A DNA stretch of 64,000 nucleotides, taken from positions 50,966,001 through 51,030,000 of the forward strand of contig NC_045707.1 in assembly GCF_009834535.1 (NCBI RefSeq), read 5' to 3'. Positions 1-12,560 of this stretch are shown here, in pieces. The position numbers were made by a program, and so were the translations under genes. The notes below the pieces were generated by a model. The model saw only the letters and a list, made by a program, of their open reading frames with translations. It was not told where the DNA came from and made no database searches. The stretch comes from Camelus ferus (Eukaryota). Position 1 is the first letter of the stretch. The number at the start of each line of letters is the position of its first letter.

Positions 1-375
1 ACCTAGGTGTGGCCACATAACTAAGTTCTCACTAATGGAATGTAGGTGGATGTAATGTGTGCAATATTGGCATCACTTTATTAGAAGGAAACTGCTAGTC
101 TGGATTTACTAATTTTGTCCTCACACATTTCTAGTGGTCTCAAATGTGAACATGGTGCCAAGTCACCCTTTGACCATGCAGTTGAGGACATGCCTTAGAG
201 GATGAGAGTTAAGAAGATGAAAGAAAACTCGGTGCTCGAGCAATTTTGTAAAAAAAAGTAGCTGCCCTACCTACCTGTGCCTGTTGGATTATTACAAGAG
301 AGAAATAATCTCTTTCATTAAGCCACTGAACTTTGGGGTATCTTTGTTACAGCATCTTAGCTTTTACTCTGACTT
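1..375 (+). mobile_element. MLT1-family MaLR LTR, 3' part
   Basis: Typical end gagaaataa...ttaagccactg...tctttgttacagcatcttagc. Confidence 0.75.
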
Positions 376-740
376 TAAAGGCAATTGGAATCTACCAAGA
401 ACTTAAGCAAAGTAAAGAACATGATCACATATGTTTTAGAAGAGTATTGTGAGTAACCACAGGGAGGGTGACTTAGAGGGCATAAAGCCTAAAACTAGGG
501 AACCACTTAGGAAAACCACACCTGATGATTACATCTCCTAAATATTTCAGAACCTGTAAATTCTGTTGCTACTTCCACTATGCAACTTCCTCATCATCAA
601 TTACCTGGAAGATCTCAATCACCTTCTGATTCTTTTCTTTGTATTCTTGTCCCCCTCAGATCTGTCTTTAACACAGCTGCAGATTTTTATCTAAAATACA
701 ATATGATCATCTTTTTCTGATTAAAATTCCTAGTTCCTAC
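376..740. mobile_element. L2 fragments (about 376-510 minus, 520-740 plus)
   Basis: Diverged L2-like motifs acatgatcacatatgttttagaa and tacatctcctaaatatttc. Confidence 0.5.
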
Positions 741-754
741 AGTTTAATCACCTA

Positions 755-1970
755 TAAAAGTGGTTTTCAAATGTTTTTTTGTTTATTTACCTCCTTGAAG
801 AATTTTGAAGAGCTTTGTAAACCTTATTAATTTAAAAGCTTACCTCTAAAAATTTTTTATCGTTTGAACGGTTGCAAGGATATAATTTCCAAAATATTGC
901 AAATACTGATGCTAATTAAAACTGACATCACTCATTTAAAAATATCAATAGAATCTAAACAGCATAGTGATTTTAAACCAAGATTCATCTATGAAAAATT
1001 CATAAACAAACCTTTATTTGAGTAAGAAATTTTACATAATTGTTTTTGCTCTTTAAACTCTTCTATTTGATTTCTGCATGAGATTTTAGCCTTATAAAAA
1101 TATATTTTTATCTCAAGAGCTTTTTGATTATCTCAAGGTTCTCCTCTGCAACAAAAAAATTATATGAGTTGATGTTTTTTATTCCCGTGATCAAAAGGCC
1201 TATGTGTTAAAATTTCTTCAGGATTTAGTTACCGTAAACAGTCAAAGATAAATTTTTCTAATTTTAAAACATACAGTAAACATTAACGAATGTATTTATG
1301 AGATAGATAAAGTTGCTTTTTATCAATTATATGCTTGATGGTAATATTCAACTTATTGTTAGTATTAGATACAATTCAAATCTAGTTATATTTTTCATTT
1401 TTATTGATACACACCCTGAGAAACATTGCTCACAAGAATAAATAAGAATGGAAGAAATCTTGAAGTAATTTCACTCGATTATTTGAAATACTTCCAAATA
1501 ACATGCAAAAATCACATGCCAATATATTATCAAAAATAAAAAGTAACATTTGACAATTCACTTATTTCTTTATTAATTTCATTGAAAGACAAAAATTTAA
1601 ACCATTTGACATTCAACAGGATTTTTTTAATCCAGTTATTAAAATTACTCTATTTCTTGGTTTTGGGAAAGTCTACCAAAAAGACTTTACAAAACTTTTC
1701 AAATAACTATTAATTACCCATCATGCTTTCACTAAAAGGCAACTTGCTTAACTTAGTATACACAGAAACAGTAGTATATATCTAAGTATTACTAATATAA
1801 ATATATATTTGCCAAAACTACATGATTTAATCACAATTTTAAGTTTGATTTTTGTCAAAACATTGTAACTATAGATCTAGCTTACTGAAAATGATTACCA
1901 TATAACTAAATTGGTAAAACCAATTCTAATGGTCAAGGTACTCAACCAATTCAGACGTACTTTTTCCAGA
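755..1970 (-). mobile_element. hAT/Charlie-type DNA transposon remnant
   Basis: TIR-like agtggttttcaaa near 759; minus strand 1381-1460 reads FLPF / YSCEQCFSGCVSIKMK across a frameshift, resembling the hAT dimerisation motif. Confidence 0.65.
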
Positions 1971-2049
1971 AAATATCTCACTTCATTTTCTAATACAGTG
2001 AGTGATTTAATATGACTCCTTACAACCCTACCTACTCATTCTACTATCT

Positions 2050-2595
2050 ATATAATTTTGTTTCCATATTGACCGATTATTCTCCTCATTATGGGCCATA
2101 ATTTCCTCTTTCTCTGCAGGTCTTAATTTCCTATAGGATTCAAGACATTGTGAATATTATGTTATTTTGTTCTGGCAATTGCTTTGTTTTTGTTTTTGTT
2201 TTGTTCTGGGACACAATAAAGTTACTTTGAAATATCTGATCCTTTTAGCACATGCTTTTAAGCTTTGTTAGGTATTTCCAAACAGTCTGTAGTCAAAGGC
2301 TGATTTGGCCTCACTACTGAGGCAATACTTTTCTGAAGACTCTATTCAACACCCTGTGTGTTAGGAGGCTCTGTATGGGTGCCCTCTACTTGCCCTATGG
2401 CCTGGAAATTCAATCCAATAACATGTGGTAATTCCATGGCTCTGTTTCCTCTTCTTAAGGAATCACTGTCCTGAACTGTCTGTTGTCCAATGTATGAAAA
2501 CCACTGTTACATATATTTTGTCTTTTTTCTAGTTTAAGGAGGGAGGGTGTCTTCTTCCTGTTACCCTATTATGATCAAACATGGAAGTCTCACTT
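2050..2595 (-). mobile_element. Old L1 (L1M-type) 5' region fragment
   Basis: cctcactactgaggcaatacttttctgaagactct and flanks resemble ancient L1 5' ends. Confidence 0.6.
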
Positions 2596-2603
2596 TCCCA
2601 TAC

Positions 2604-2673
2604 CTGAATATTTCTTAATTCAGGAAATTCCAACATAAACCAAAACACTCTGCTCCTAACTTCATATACCCTC
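2604..2673 (-). CDS. Candidate exon, 70 nt, phase 2->0, open: RVYEVRSRVFWFMLEFPELRNIQ
   Basis: Acceptor tcttttctgtcttatatacatttttgctag|; donor CAG|gtatgg; only one frame open. Confidence 0.65.
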
Positions 2674-2771
2674 CTAGCAAAAATGTATATAAGACAGAAA
2701 AGACATAAGACATCACCATGGGTTAGTATTATTAGCATTACAAAGCTTTATGCTTTTATGCTTTTCAGTAC

Positions 2772-2825
2772 TTCAAATTTTCTTCTTTTTGGCATCCTGA
2801 AGATTTTATTTTTGGTGAGGATGCA
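2772..2825 (-). CDS. Candidate exon, 54 nt, phase 2->2, open: ASSPKIKSSGCQKEENL(K)
   Basis: Acceptor atatttacgtag|; donor GAA|gtactg; 98-nt intron to the 2673 exon with matching phase. Confidence 0.5.
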
Positions 2826-2849
2826 CTACGTAAATATTTTGGAGGATTT

Positions 2850-3420
2850 TGGTTCATTCAGGGCCCAGTCAAGAGAAAGAAACCACTCAGTAATTTGAGC
2901 ACGTATGATACGAGAAAAAAAGATTAACTGCTTTCAGATAATTAGCTATTAAAAAGAAATGAAAGAGAATGTTAAAGAATACCGTAGGACTCAGGGAGAG
3001 TCCTGAAAGAAGGAATTAAACTTAAAAAGGCGCTCCTTTCTCAAAGCTGGAATTCAGACCTCTTGGGAGAAGGTGCGGTTGCAGCCTACTAGATGGTGGT
3101 GAAGTTAGCAGGGTTACCGTGAGTCAGAGTTGGTCCAAGGCTGTCAGACAGCAAAATATTAGCTAAGGCTGGCACACCTGAAGGTGAGCACCACTGTGTG
3201 TCCTGCAGGCTGCTGACTGCCACACACTGCAGGAGTCAGCTGAGAGTGCGTGGATGTGAGTCCAGAGGAGAAGCCCCTTCCTCCTTGAGTTTTACTCCAT
3301 GCCCCTCTACTGGCAAAGAAGAAAACACTTATAAGATTGAGTTCCAGGATCACAAGCAGAGTATTAAAGGTTGAATTTGGAATTAAGAAGCAATAATCTG
3401 GCAACTGATCCATGACTTCC
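2850..3420. mobile_element. Probable ancient LTR element
   Basis: Start ttcagggcccagtcaagagaaagaaaccac resembles old mammalian LTR termini; GC-richer than flanks. Confidence 0.35.
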
Positions 3421-3619
3421 CCTCCCTTCCTCCTTCTCTCCCTCTCTCTCTTTCCCAATGGGATAAGTGTGAGTATGAAAGGAGGTAGGAAAAAGAGCCA
3501 ACATGAATGGTTTGACTACAGATCCTTCTCAGGCTGATCAATTTTAGTAAATATGAAAATTGAAGGTAAAATTAATTTAAAACAAAATGTGTCTGGGTAC
3601 TTCCACAGAAAGTGTTTGT

Positions 3620-4290
3620 GCATCTTCAGGATAAAATTCCTCTATGATTTACCTAATGTCTATCTCTCCACATTCATTTTCCCCTGCTGCAGCAATATCA
3701 AACATCTTTCAGTCTTTTTGCATAAATTCTGTTTTTTCTCATCACTGAACCTTTAATTATAGTGCTTTTTATGCATAGGATTCCCTTTCTACTCCATATC
3801 AATTCAAGTGTTAACTTTAACTAGAACACTCTTCCCTGGCTTAGTTAATTGGGGTGAATTAAATGTTCCTCCTCTGTGCTCCCATAATATTATCTATCTC
3901 TATCAGCACTTCTCAATTTGTCATTTTTACTACATTATTTTACTGTTAATTACATGGGCTATGATTATTAATCTGTTTATGTCTATATCTAACAAAAATA
4001 TGGTTTTATCTCATAAGTAAATAAATGAATAAATGAGACAACTATAGTTGTCCAGGAAAGATTTTACAGGACCTTGAATAAGAGCACTATAAAAGAGCTG
4101 TATCCAGAGACATAAAATACATATTCAACAAGATTTGGTGATAAATTAGATAGGGAGGTATGAAAGAGAAGGAATGCAGAAATGCTTACCTGCTTTCTAA
4201 TGTTTTAGTTTAGGTAAATAGATAGGGAAAATATTGTTAGAGCTAGCAAATCCAAGAGAAAGGGCAGACCTGGACCTGGAGAAGAGCAAA
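3620..4290. mobile_element. L2 fragments
   Basis: cctcctctgtgctcccata and aataaatgaataaatga tail, followed by an antisense L2 piece. Confidence 0.55.
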
Positions 4291-4359
4291 GTACATTGGC
4301 TATATATTGCTGGGTTAAAAAAAAAAAAGTCAAACAAACAAACAAACTATTCCCTTAAA

Positions 4360-4510
4360 ATAACAGTGGCAAACTTTAAAGAACCAGAAAGTAAGTATTT
4401 TGACTCTGGGTCATACAGTCTATGTCACAACTATTCAACTCTGCTATTGTAGCACAAAAACAACAAAGGAAAATAAAACAAGCAGTGGGCTGGATTTAGC
4501 CACAGGCTGG
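4360..4510 (+). mobile_element. MER58A-like hAT MITE
   Basis: ggcaaacttt...gtcacaactattcaactctgctattgtagcacaaaa...gggctggatttagcc. Confidence 0.75.
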
Positions 4511-4863
4511 CTGTACTCTGCTATGTAGCTGTAGTCATTCTATCAGCTCAGCTGGGGTGGACAGTACAAAATGGTTTCACTCACATGACTGAAGTTGATT
4601 CTGCCTTCTCTTTTCAGCACCTTATATTCCCCCACATGTCTTTGCATTTACTAAAAGGCTAGACCATTTTTGTTTTTGTTTTTAACAAAATAATGTTCCA
4701 AGAGAGTGAAAATGTTAATTGTTGTGCCCCTTAAGGCCCAGTGTCACAGCTGCACAACATAATTTCCACATTTTATTGGTTAACACAAATCTCAAGGTCA
4801 GCGCAGATTCAAGGGATAGGGAAATAGAGGAAATATCATGGCCATTATTTTCAATCTACCACA
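4511..4863 (-). mobile_element. MLT1-family LTR
   Basis: aaaatggtttcactcacatg...cagattcaaggga...aatctaccaca terminus. Confidence 0.7.
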
Positions 4864-5239
4864 GGGAGGCACAAGAATTTGGAGTTTAGGAAGCATTTGA
4901 AATAAAAAATATATTTTGTAGTTATCAGTATATATATTATAACTGAAACTGAGAATAAACGAAATTTCTTGAGAGAACTAAATACACATATACTCATACA
5001 TATCTTTATTACCATAGATTACCATATTTATTTATTGTATATGTTATTCATATATTTATTATCACATATTTCATAATGAATGAACCACTCGTTAAATATC
5101 AGCATGGATAGATTATGAAAACATAATATTGAGTGAAAAAAGAAAGTTTCAAAATTTTGCACAAACATGAGAGCATTTATATAAATTTATGATACATTAA
5201 ATCTATATATTGCTTTTGGGTGATTAATAATAATGACGA

Positions 5240-5445
5240 CTAACACATACTGATGTTATATGCCAGATCCTCTTATAAGCATATTGTATATACTAACTAT
5301 ACATTAATTACAAGAAAATTTTGAGGCTGGCACACTAGTAAAATAATTCTTTTTAATATATATAATGAACTTGATCTAAAGACAGGTCAAGCTACTTGCC
5401 CTAGGCCACATAGTTAAGTGGCAAAGCTAGGATTCACCCAGTTTG
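5240..5445 (-). mobile_element. MIR SINE
   Basis: acttgccctaggccacatagttaagtggcaaagctaggattca. Confidence 0.65.
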
Positions 5446-7244
5446 AAAGATGAAATGGACATAGGTCAACTTCTGGATATTGACGTCTTAAGGTAAGGCA
5501 CACTGGAAAGAGAGAACTAGCCCAAAATATAGGGAATTGTAATTTTATTAAAATATAGCCTAGCTTTTCCAATGAAAAGGCCCCCAAATCAAAATTACCC
5601 CTTAAATTACCAGTCTACTTAGCAGTGGTGAATACCCCTACTATCCCGAATGTGATTTTAAAATACACTTCTCATGAAAATCAACAGGGCTTAGCAAAAT
5701 GGGTGATTCCCAGTCTAAGTTTGTGTCAGGAAAAGCACAAGATGAACTTATAATAACTTGATGTATCAAATAGCAAAGACATCATCAAAGTCTATTAAAT
5801 CATGTAAAAAAAAAACCCAAACCCTCCTGGCCAAAGATGGAAAAAAAATTAAACTTCAATGAGAATAACAACTCCAATAGATTGAATCATACTAAATGCA
5901 CTTCATCTTTGAGTTCGTAATGACAGTTAAAACCTATTGTGCATCAAGGCAGAGTGCTTGAGAACCAGCTCATTTTCTTGAAAACTGGTAAATAAAGGGA
6001 AACAAGCCTTGGCTTCCCTACATCAACCACATCTTGTGGTAACCAAACAGCAGATGAGGGGCGGTTTCTTTAAGGGGAGAAGTTAATCAAATAATAAATA
6101 CAAAAGGCAATAGATTATCATTATCTTGCAACCCCAAGTGAATTAATGAATTCATGCAATTATCAATGACTGCTAACATCACAAAAAGAGATAGCCAGAT
6201 ACCGCATACACCCTTAGATACGTACCATCTGTAAGTAATCTTGCCAAAAATTTTAAATGGAATTAGATCAAGCCTCTACCTCCAATTACCAATTTGCAAA
6301 GTATACAGAAAGATGTTGAATGATAAGGACAGACCCAGCAAAATGTAACAACAAAATTCAGACAGATAACAAGACACTCTACAACAGACTGGCTGAGAAA
6401 AAAGAGATTTCTAGTCTGGTTTCCAGTCTGCCATGCAAGAGGCTAGAACTCACCACGCCTTCCTAACAAATAAAACGGCTGAACAAATGGAAAAAATCAA
6501 CAACTCTTCATGGCATGGTTAAGAGAAGTGAGGTCACCGTGTAGAGACCAATAGATGAATATAGAAAATCACAGCTTACCAGAGCAAACACCCAGGAGCA
6601 CAAGCCTCTGAAGGAACCAGGCAGGGAAGTCAGAACTGCAACTGATGAGGGGCTGGAGGCTCAGCACTGACACCTCTGAGAGAGAACAGGAGGGGAAGCC
6701 AGTCACTGAGAGGAGCCCCATACCTTTGTGAATTTTACCTCCAAGAGTTCAACCAGATTCTCACAGTGAATTTCAGAGAAAAATCACCTTGTGCTTCTGG
6801 CAGAGGGAAGGGAAAAGGAACCATTTTGAAATACGTCACAGCATGGTGTTCTTAACAAGGTCTGCCCACAGGAGCAACTATTTAACTGCAGCCTAAACTG
6901 CTGGGGTTTTATCAGAGCCTAACTGACCTGAGGGGGAGGAAATTTGCAACTCCAGCTGCCTCTAGCCATCCTATCCCACTTAAGTGGAAAGAATTGGAAA
7001 ATGAGAAGCAGGTGTGTGGTTCACAGCCCAGGGGTACCAGCTCATTTAAAGACTGAGACCTACTCTTATGACCATAGAATTCCTCCCCTCTCCTCACACC
7101 TCACCGCCACGTTACCAAAAGCCTATTTAGAGTGGTTCTCTTACCCAGCTGATCATTTCTAAAACATCGTGAAAAAAATTACACAACATACTAAAAGGCA
7201 AAAACATACTTTGAAGAGACAGAGCAAGCATCAGAATAAGACTC

Positions 7245-7378
7245 GGGGGGAAACTCAGTGGTAGAGTGTGTGCTTAGCATGCATGAGGTCCCGGGTTCAA
7301 ACCCCAGTACCTCCATTAAAAATAAATAAACCTGATTACCTCCCTCTCTAAAAAAAAATTTTTTTAATTAAAAAAAGA
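7245..7378 (+). mobile_element. Camelid Vic-1-type tRNA-derived SINE
   Basis: ctcagtggtagagtgtgtgcttagcatgcatgaggtcccgggttcaaaccccagtacctcc + aaataaacctgattacctccc + A tail. Confidence 0.9.
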
Positions 7379-7397
7379 AAATCAAACTCAGATATAG

Positions 7398-7595
7398 TTT
7401 TAGTTAACAATATTGTACTGCATTTTTAAAAGTCGATAAAAGAATACATCCTAAATATTTCCACCATCACCAGTAACAAAAAAATGGTAATTATTTGAAA
7501 TGATAGGTGTGTTAACTTATCATGGTAATCATTTCATAATGGATATACATTAAACTTACACAATATTATATATCAAATATATCTCCATAAAGCTG
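7398..7595 (+). mobile_element. L1MA-type 3' end fragment
   Basis: tagttaacaatattgtactg...ggtaatcatttcataat...tatatctccataaagctg. Confidence 0.7.
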
Positions 7596-9304
7596 CCAAG
7601 GATTCTAAGGATAATGTAGACAGCAATAACATAAGCAGAGAGATGGAAATTTTAAGAAAAAACCAAAAAGAAATGCTAGAGATCAAAAACACTGTAACAG
7701 AAATAAGGAATACCTTTGATGGGCTCATTAGTAGACTAGACACAGCTGAGGAAAGAGTCTGCATTTGAGAACATCTCAATAAAAATCTTCAAACTGAAAA
7801 GCAAAGAGAAAAAAGATTAAAAAACGGAATAGGATATCCAAAAACTATGGGACAATTACAAAAGGTGTAACATATATGTAATGGGAATTCCAAAAGGAGA
7901 ACAAAGAGAGAAATAAACAAATGAAATATTGGAAAGAATAATGTGCTAGTCTCTCTGTATTTTTCCTCCCCCTGAAAATTTCCCCAAATTGTCAAATACT
8001 GAAACACTGATCCAGCATGGTCAGAGAATACCAAGCCATACAAATAACCAACCACCCCCAACCAAAAGAACCAAACCAAACCAAAATCCTAACTAGGCAA
8101 ATCACTTTCAAACTATAGAAAATCAAAGATAAAGAAAACTCCTAAAAGAACCAGAGGAAAAACATCTTACTATAGAGGAAAAAAGATACGAATTACATCT
8201 GACTTCTCAGAGATCATCTGAGCAACAAGAGAGTAGAGTGAAATATTTAAAGTTTTGTGAGAAAAAAAAAAAAAAAACAACAACCAAGAATTCTGTACTA
8301 TGTGAAATTATTCTTCAAAAGGAAAAGAGAAATAAAACTTTCTGAGACAAACAAAAATTGAGGGAATTTGTTGTCAGAGATCTACATTGCAAGAAATGTT
8401 AAAAGAAATTATTTAGACTGATGAAAAATGCTGTAGGACAGAAACTTGTATCTACATGAAGAAAGTTAAGAGTCAGAGAAGAAATAAGTGAAGGTAAAAT
8501 AAAAACTTCTGGTTTTCTTATTTTCAGTTTCATCTAATAGATAATGGTTTGTTCAAAATAATACTAGCAACAATTCAACTATGTATGTACATAGATAGTT
8601 CTATATATATGTGCACATATATACATGAAATGAATGACAGCAATAATACAAGGGATGGGAGGAGTTAAAATGATCTGGTGTACTCACACCATCTGTGAGC
8701 ATATCAGTTATACATCTTTTTTTTTGTTTTTACTTTTTTTAGTGATTGCCCTAGAGTTTGCAATATTCATGATAACTAATCCAAATATATTTTTAAATGA
8801 CGCTATGCAATCTCACAGGTGATCTAGCAATCACGCTTCTTGGTATTTGCCCAAAGGATTGAAAAATTACGTCCATACAAAAACCTGTGCACGAATGTTT
8901 ACAGCAGCTTTGTTCATAATGGCCAAAACTTGGAAGTAACCACGATGAATAATGGTTGATGAATAAATAAACAGCAGTACATTCAGACAATGGAATATTA
9001 TTCAGGAAGATCTTTTCTTTTTTGTGCTGGGAAAAGACATGGAGGAACCTTAAATGCATATTAATAAAGTGAAAGAAGCCAGTCTGAAAAGGCCACATGC
9101 TGTATGATTCCAACTACGGGACATTCTGGAAAAGAGCACAACTGTGGAGACAGTAAAAAAATTCAGTGATTGTCATGAGTTAGTGGGGAGGAAGGCATGA
9201 AGAGGTGGAGCACAGATTTTTAGAGCAGTGAAAATACTCTATATGATATACCATAGTGGTGGATACATATCGTTGTACATTTGTCCAAACCATACAATGT
9301 ACTT

Positions 9305-9608
9305 TTAAAAACTTTTAATTGAAGTATAATCGATTTACAATGTCGTGTTAATTTCTGGTATTCAGTACAGTGACTCACTTATACATATATGTATATATAT
9401 ATTTATGTATATTCCTTTTTAAATTCTTTTTTATTATAGGCTATTACAAGGTATTGAATTAGTTCCCTGTGCTTTACAGTAGGATCTTGTTTATCTATTT
9501 TATATATGTAGTTAATATCTGCAAATCCCAAACTCCTGATTTATCCCTCCACACCCCTCTTTCCCCTGGTAACCATAAGTTTGTTTTCTATATCTGAGTC
9601 TGTTTCTC
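9305..9608 (-). mobile_element. Younger cetartiodactyl-type L1 3' end
   Basis: aattgaagtataatcgatttacaatg...ccctggtaaccataagtttgttttcta. Confidence 0.85.
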
Positions 9609-10827
9609 AAACTATGGAATGTATAAATCCAACTATAATCTATGAATTGGGTAATTATGATGGGTCAATGTATGTTCATCGATTGTAACAAATGTACTCC
9701 TCTTGTGGGGTATGTTGATAATGGGGGTAATGCATGTATGGGGGCAGAGAGTATGTGGGAAATCTCTGTACCTTCTGCTCAACAGTGCTGTGAATATAAA
9801 ACTTCTGTAAAAAAAAGTACATTTTGAAAATGAAGAGAAATATAAAAGGGAACCTATTGATTAAATATATGGTTGTTCCTTGTATGGATCCTGATTTAAA
9901 AAAAAATACATATATACACTTTTTAAAATAATGAGATAACATGGTAAATATGAATTTAAACACTAGGCATTTGATAATTCTGAGGAATTAGGTTTAATTC
10001 TTTTTAAGTATGATAATGGAATTATTTTTTAAATAATCTTTTTTAGACATAAATACCAAAATATTCAACAGATAAAAGCATATGGTGTCTGAGACTTGCT
10101 CCAAAATTATCAAAGGACTTATGTGGGTGAGACATTAGAATAAATAAAATTGTCCATAAATTCATCCTCACTGATGCTGGGTGTTGAGAACATGAACTAT
10201 ATTGTACTAGTCGCTCTACATTTGTATATGATTGAAATTTTCCTCAATAAAAAGTAAAACAATTCAACAGTAGCATACTTATCCCAAAACACATACTCAT
10301 GCTATGAATTATAATAATAAAATTAACACACTTTACCACCCAATGTAACTTATAATACCAATACTGTTACATTTAGCCAGTGTTCCTCAGTGATCTCTTC
10401 CCCATTAGCCTTTATCCTGACTTATTATTCCCTAGTGTTTTCACTATCATCCTCACCATCATCATCATTGTTATTATTTTATTATGTTTCAGAGGTATCT
10501 CTAAATATTTGATTTTGCTTGATTTTCAAGCTTTTCAGAAATATTATCATAGTTTAAATAATTTTCTGGGTTTTACTTTTGTCAAAGTTATAATTCTAAA
10601 GTTTGTTCAAATAGTTCATTTCACTTAGTTCATAAAACTCACCTTCATGGGAACACTTATTACATAACCATAATTAGTAATTCCAGGCCCTAAGAAAACC
10701 AAAATGTTATAGAGAACAGAAACCATGACTTTTCACTAGTTGTCTCATTTTCTATAGACAGGCTACTTCGTGGTAGGTATTTGATAAATGCACACTTAAT
10801 GAATAAGTATAGAATGAATGAGTAAAC

Positions 10828-10934
10828 ATTTGCATGAATAAAATAGCTAGCAAATATGCTTCAACAACAAAAAGAAGTGGAAAAATGGTTCCTTGTAAAA
10901 AATATATATTATTTCTGAATTTTTTAGAGGACAG
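10828..10934 (-). CDS. Candidate exon, phase 0 start, open: LSSKKFRNNIYFLQGTIFPLLFVVEAYLLAILFMQ; donor uncertain
   Basis: Strong acceptor ctctaac-ctttgccttttcacag| with branch-point-like motif; weak donor AT|gtttac gives the required phase 2. Confidence 0.45.
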
Positions 10935-11021
10935 CTGTGAAAAGGCAAAGGTTAGAGATTCTGGTATTAGATGAAATTGAGGATAGGTCCTTCAGTTCTT
11001 GGAGTAGAGGCTCCCCATTAC

Positions 11022-11093
11022 CTCATTAAAATACAGATTCACTCAAGGAATAATCTTCTCAATTTTAGGATTTAATTACATAAAATTTAAATT
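11022..11093 (-). pseudogene. Candidate exon, 72 nt, phase 0->0, two stops: NLNFM*LNPKIEKIIP*VNLYFNE
   Basis: Long T tract before aatcag|; donor GAG|gtaatg; 87-nt intron to the 10934 acceptor. Confidence 0.4.
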
Positions 11094-11421
11094 CTGATTT
11101 TGGTATTAATGCAAAAAAAAAAAAAAAACCCAAAGACACAAAATATCAGTCCAACAAATGAATAACTATTTAGTTAATTGAAAACTGACAGATGCCTAGA
11201 CTAAAACTGTTGGATACCTTAAAGTCAAACTTGATGCAGGGAAGATAAGTCTTTAAAAAAAAAAGAGTATGACTCAAGCTCAAACATTTCTCTTTCTCAC
11301 TTAGGAAGGATTTTACACTTGGGATAGAAGCCAGTGATTTATTAGGTTAAGTCTTCTCTCAAGAGCACTCTGGTCATTCTCACTAGTCAAACGTAACAGT
11401 TTCATTGTACAAATCCAAGCA

Positions 11422-11576
11422 TTATACTTTATTTTTATTACTTTTCAGAGACTGTGAGAGTATTGAATTTAGAAAGGAAAGACTAATATCTTCGGTGACA
11501 TTATTGTTGATCAAAGCACTTCTTTGCAAGGAGCTTGAGTCTTCACCAACAATGACTATTGACTCTTCAGATAAAG
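11422..11576 (-). CDS. Candidate exon, phase 1 start, open: LSEESIVIVGEDSSSLQRSALINNNVTEDISLSFLNSILSQSLKSNKNK(V*); internal (donor at 11428) or terminal (TAA 11422-11424)
   Basis: Acceptor ttttccttctgaactttttatgaag|; 50 open codons; donor AAA|gtataa overlaps the stop; minus-strand AATAAA at 11338-11343. Confidence 0.55.
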
Positions 11577-12023
11577 CTTCATAAAAAGTTCAGAAGGAAA
11601 ATGATGAATACAATTTTAATTTAGCAACTGGGACCACTGGCCAGGATTAGTAAGACCTTTAAAGTATCAGTAAAATTTGGTCAACCTGAATATAAAGATA
11701 GCAAAATATTTTCATTCTTCTTTCCAGATAGTCAGTGGAAAGAATTTGTTGTTATTCAGTGGTACCATATAGCTTGGTTCTCCTCTGCTTCTTTTAGAAA
11801 GAAAAACTTTCTATTCTCAGTGAATTAGGAAAAAAAAAGAGACAATATCACTTAGAGTTTTTATCTCTTTCTTTCAGTTATAAATCTATTTTTCTGTCAG
11901 CTGCAATCATGGACATAAAAATGTGCATGAGTCCCAGAAATTATCAGGTGTTGACCCTTTGACAAATTATGTATTTTCTGCTTTTCATCATAATTCCCAT
12001 TTGGTTATCATTTTTCATGGTAC

Positions 12024-12093
12024 TTATGGTCGGAGCATCAAGTCTGCCAAAGTTTGACAAAAACTGTTCCAAGTTAGGCTTTGTTGCTCTGTC
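12024..12093 (-). CDS. Candidate exon, phase 0->1, open: DRATKPNLEQFLSNFGRLDAPTI; donor uncertain, frame stays open to about 11948
   Basis: Acceptor tttcttgttatgttgggtggtag|; weak donor TAA|gtacca; phase matches both neighbours. Confidence 0.45.
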
Positions 12094-12194
12094 CTACCAC
12101 CCAACATAACAAGAAATACTAAGGACACAGTTAAATGGAGCTAGAATAAGGCTGATTGTCATTGTAATAACCACACTGAAGTATTGTGGTTTAA

Positions 12195-12560
12195 TGCAGA
12201 GTTTCTCAACAGGTAAAAATTATACTGATACTGATATTCATATCCCTTGGGGGACTTTGAAGAGCCAAGAACAGAATCTTGGGCCCATCAAACAGCCTTA
12301 TCAGTGTACTTCAGTATGTCACACTGATAATCACGTTCTCTGTGTGTTATATTGTAAAAATGATTGTAAAGAACTGTCTAATGTTTTAAAAATTAAGCAA
12401 AGGAATTCTTCCTCAATGATTACATTCTCAAATTTTCATATGCCCCCACTAGTATTAATTAAATACAATTATTTGTTTTTGAAATAAGTGTACTGCCAAT
12501 ATATATACACATTCCAAAAAATAGTTTGCAACTCAATAAATACTGATGTTAATATTTAAA
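12195..12560. mobile_element. Possible hAT DNA transposon remnant
   Basis: TIR-like cagagtttctcaac followed by AT-rich internal sequence. Confidence 0.3.

Larger units (their letters stand above)
6406..9822 (+). mobile_element. L1MC1/2-like element: 5' UTR, decayed ORF1 (about 7600-8420), most of ORF2 missing, 3' end (8800-9822)
   Basis: ORF1 motifs tttgatgggctcattagtagactagacacagctgaggaaaga and gacttctcagaga; 3' motif gcaatcacgcttcttggtatttgcccaaagg. Confidence 0.8.
5550..10260 (+). mobile_element. Old L1MC4-like 3' region in two pieces (about 5550-6405 and 9830-10260) split by an inserted L1
   Basis: L1MC-type 3' UTR motifs on both sides; ends ttttcctcaataaaaag. Confidence 0.65.

Noticed and set aside
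7245..7320. tRNA-Ala-like gene (also 16951 and 52970)
   Set aside because: These are SINE heads followed by the SINE tail and A-rich end, not tRNA genes
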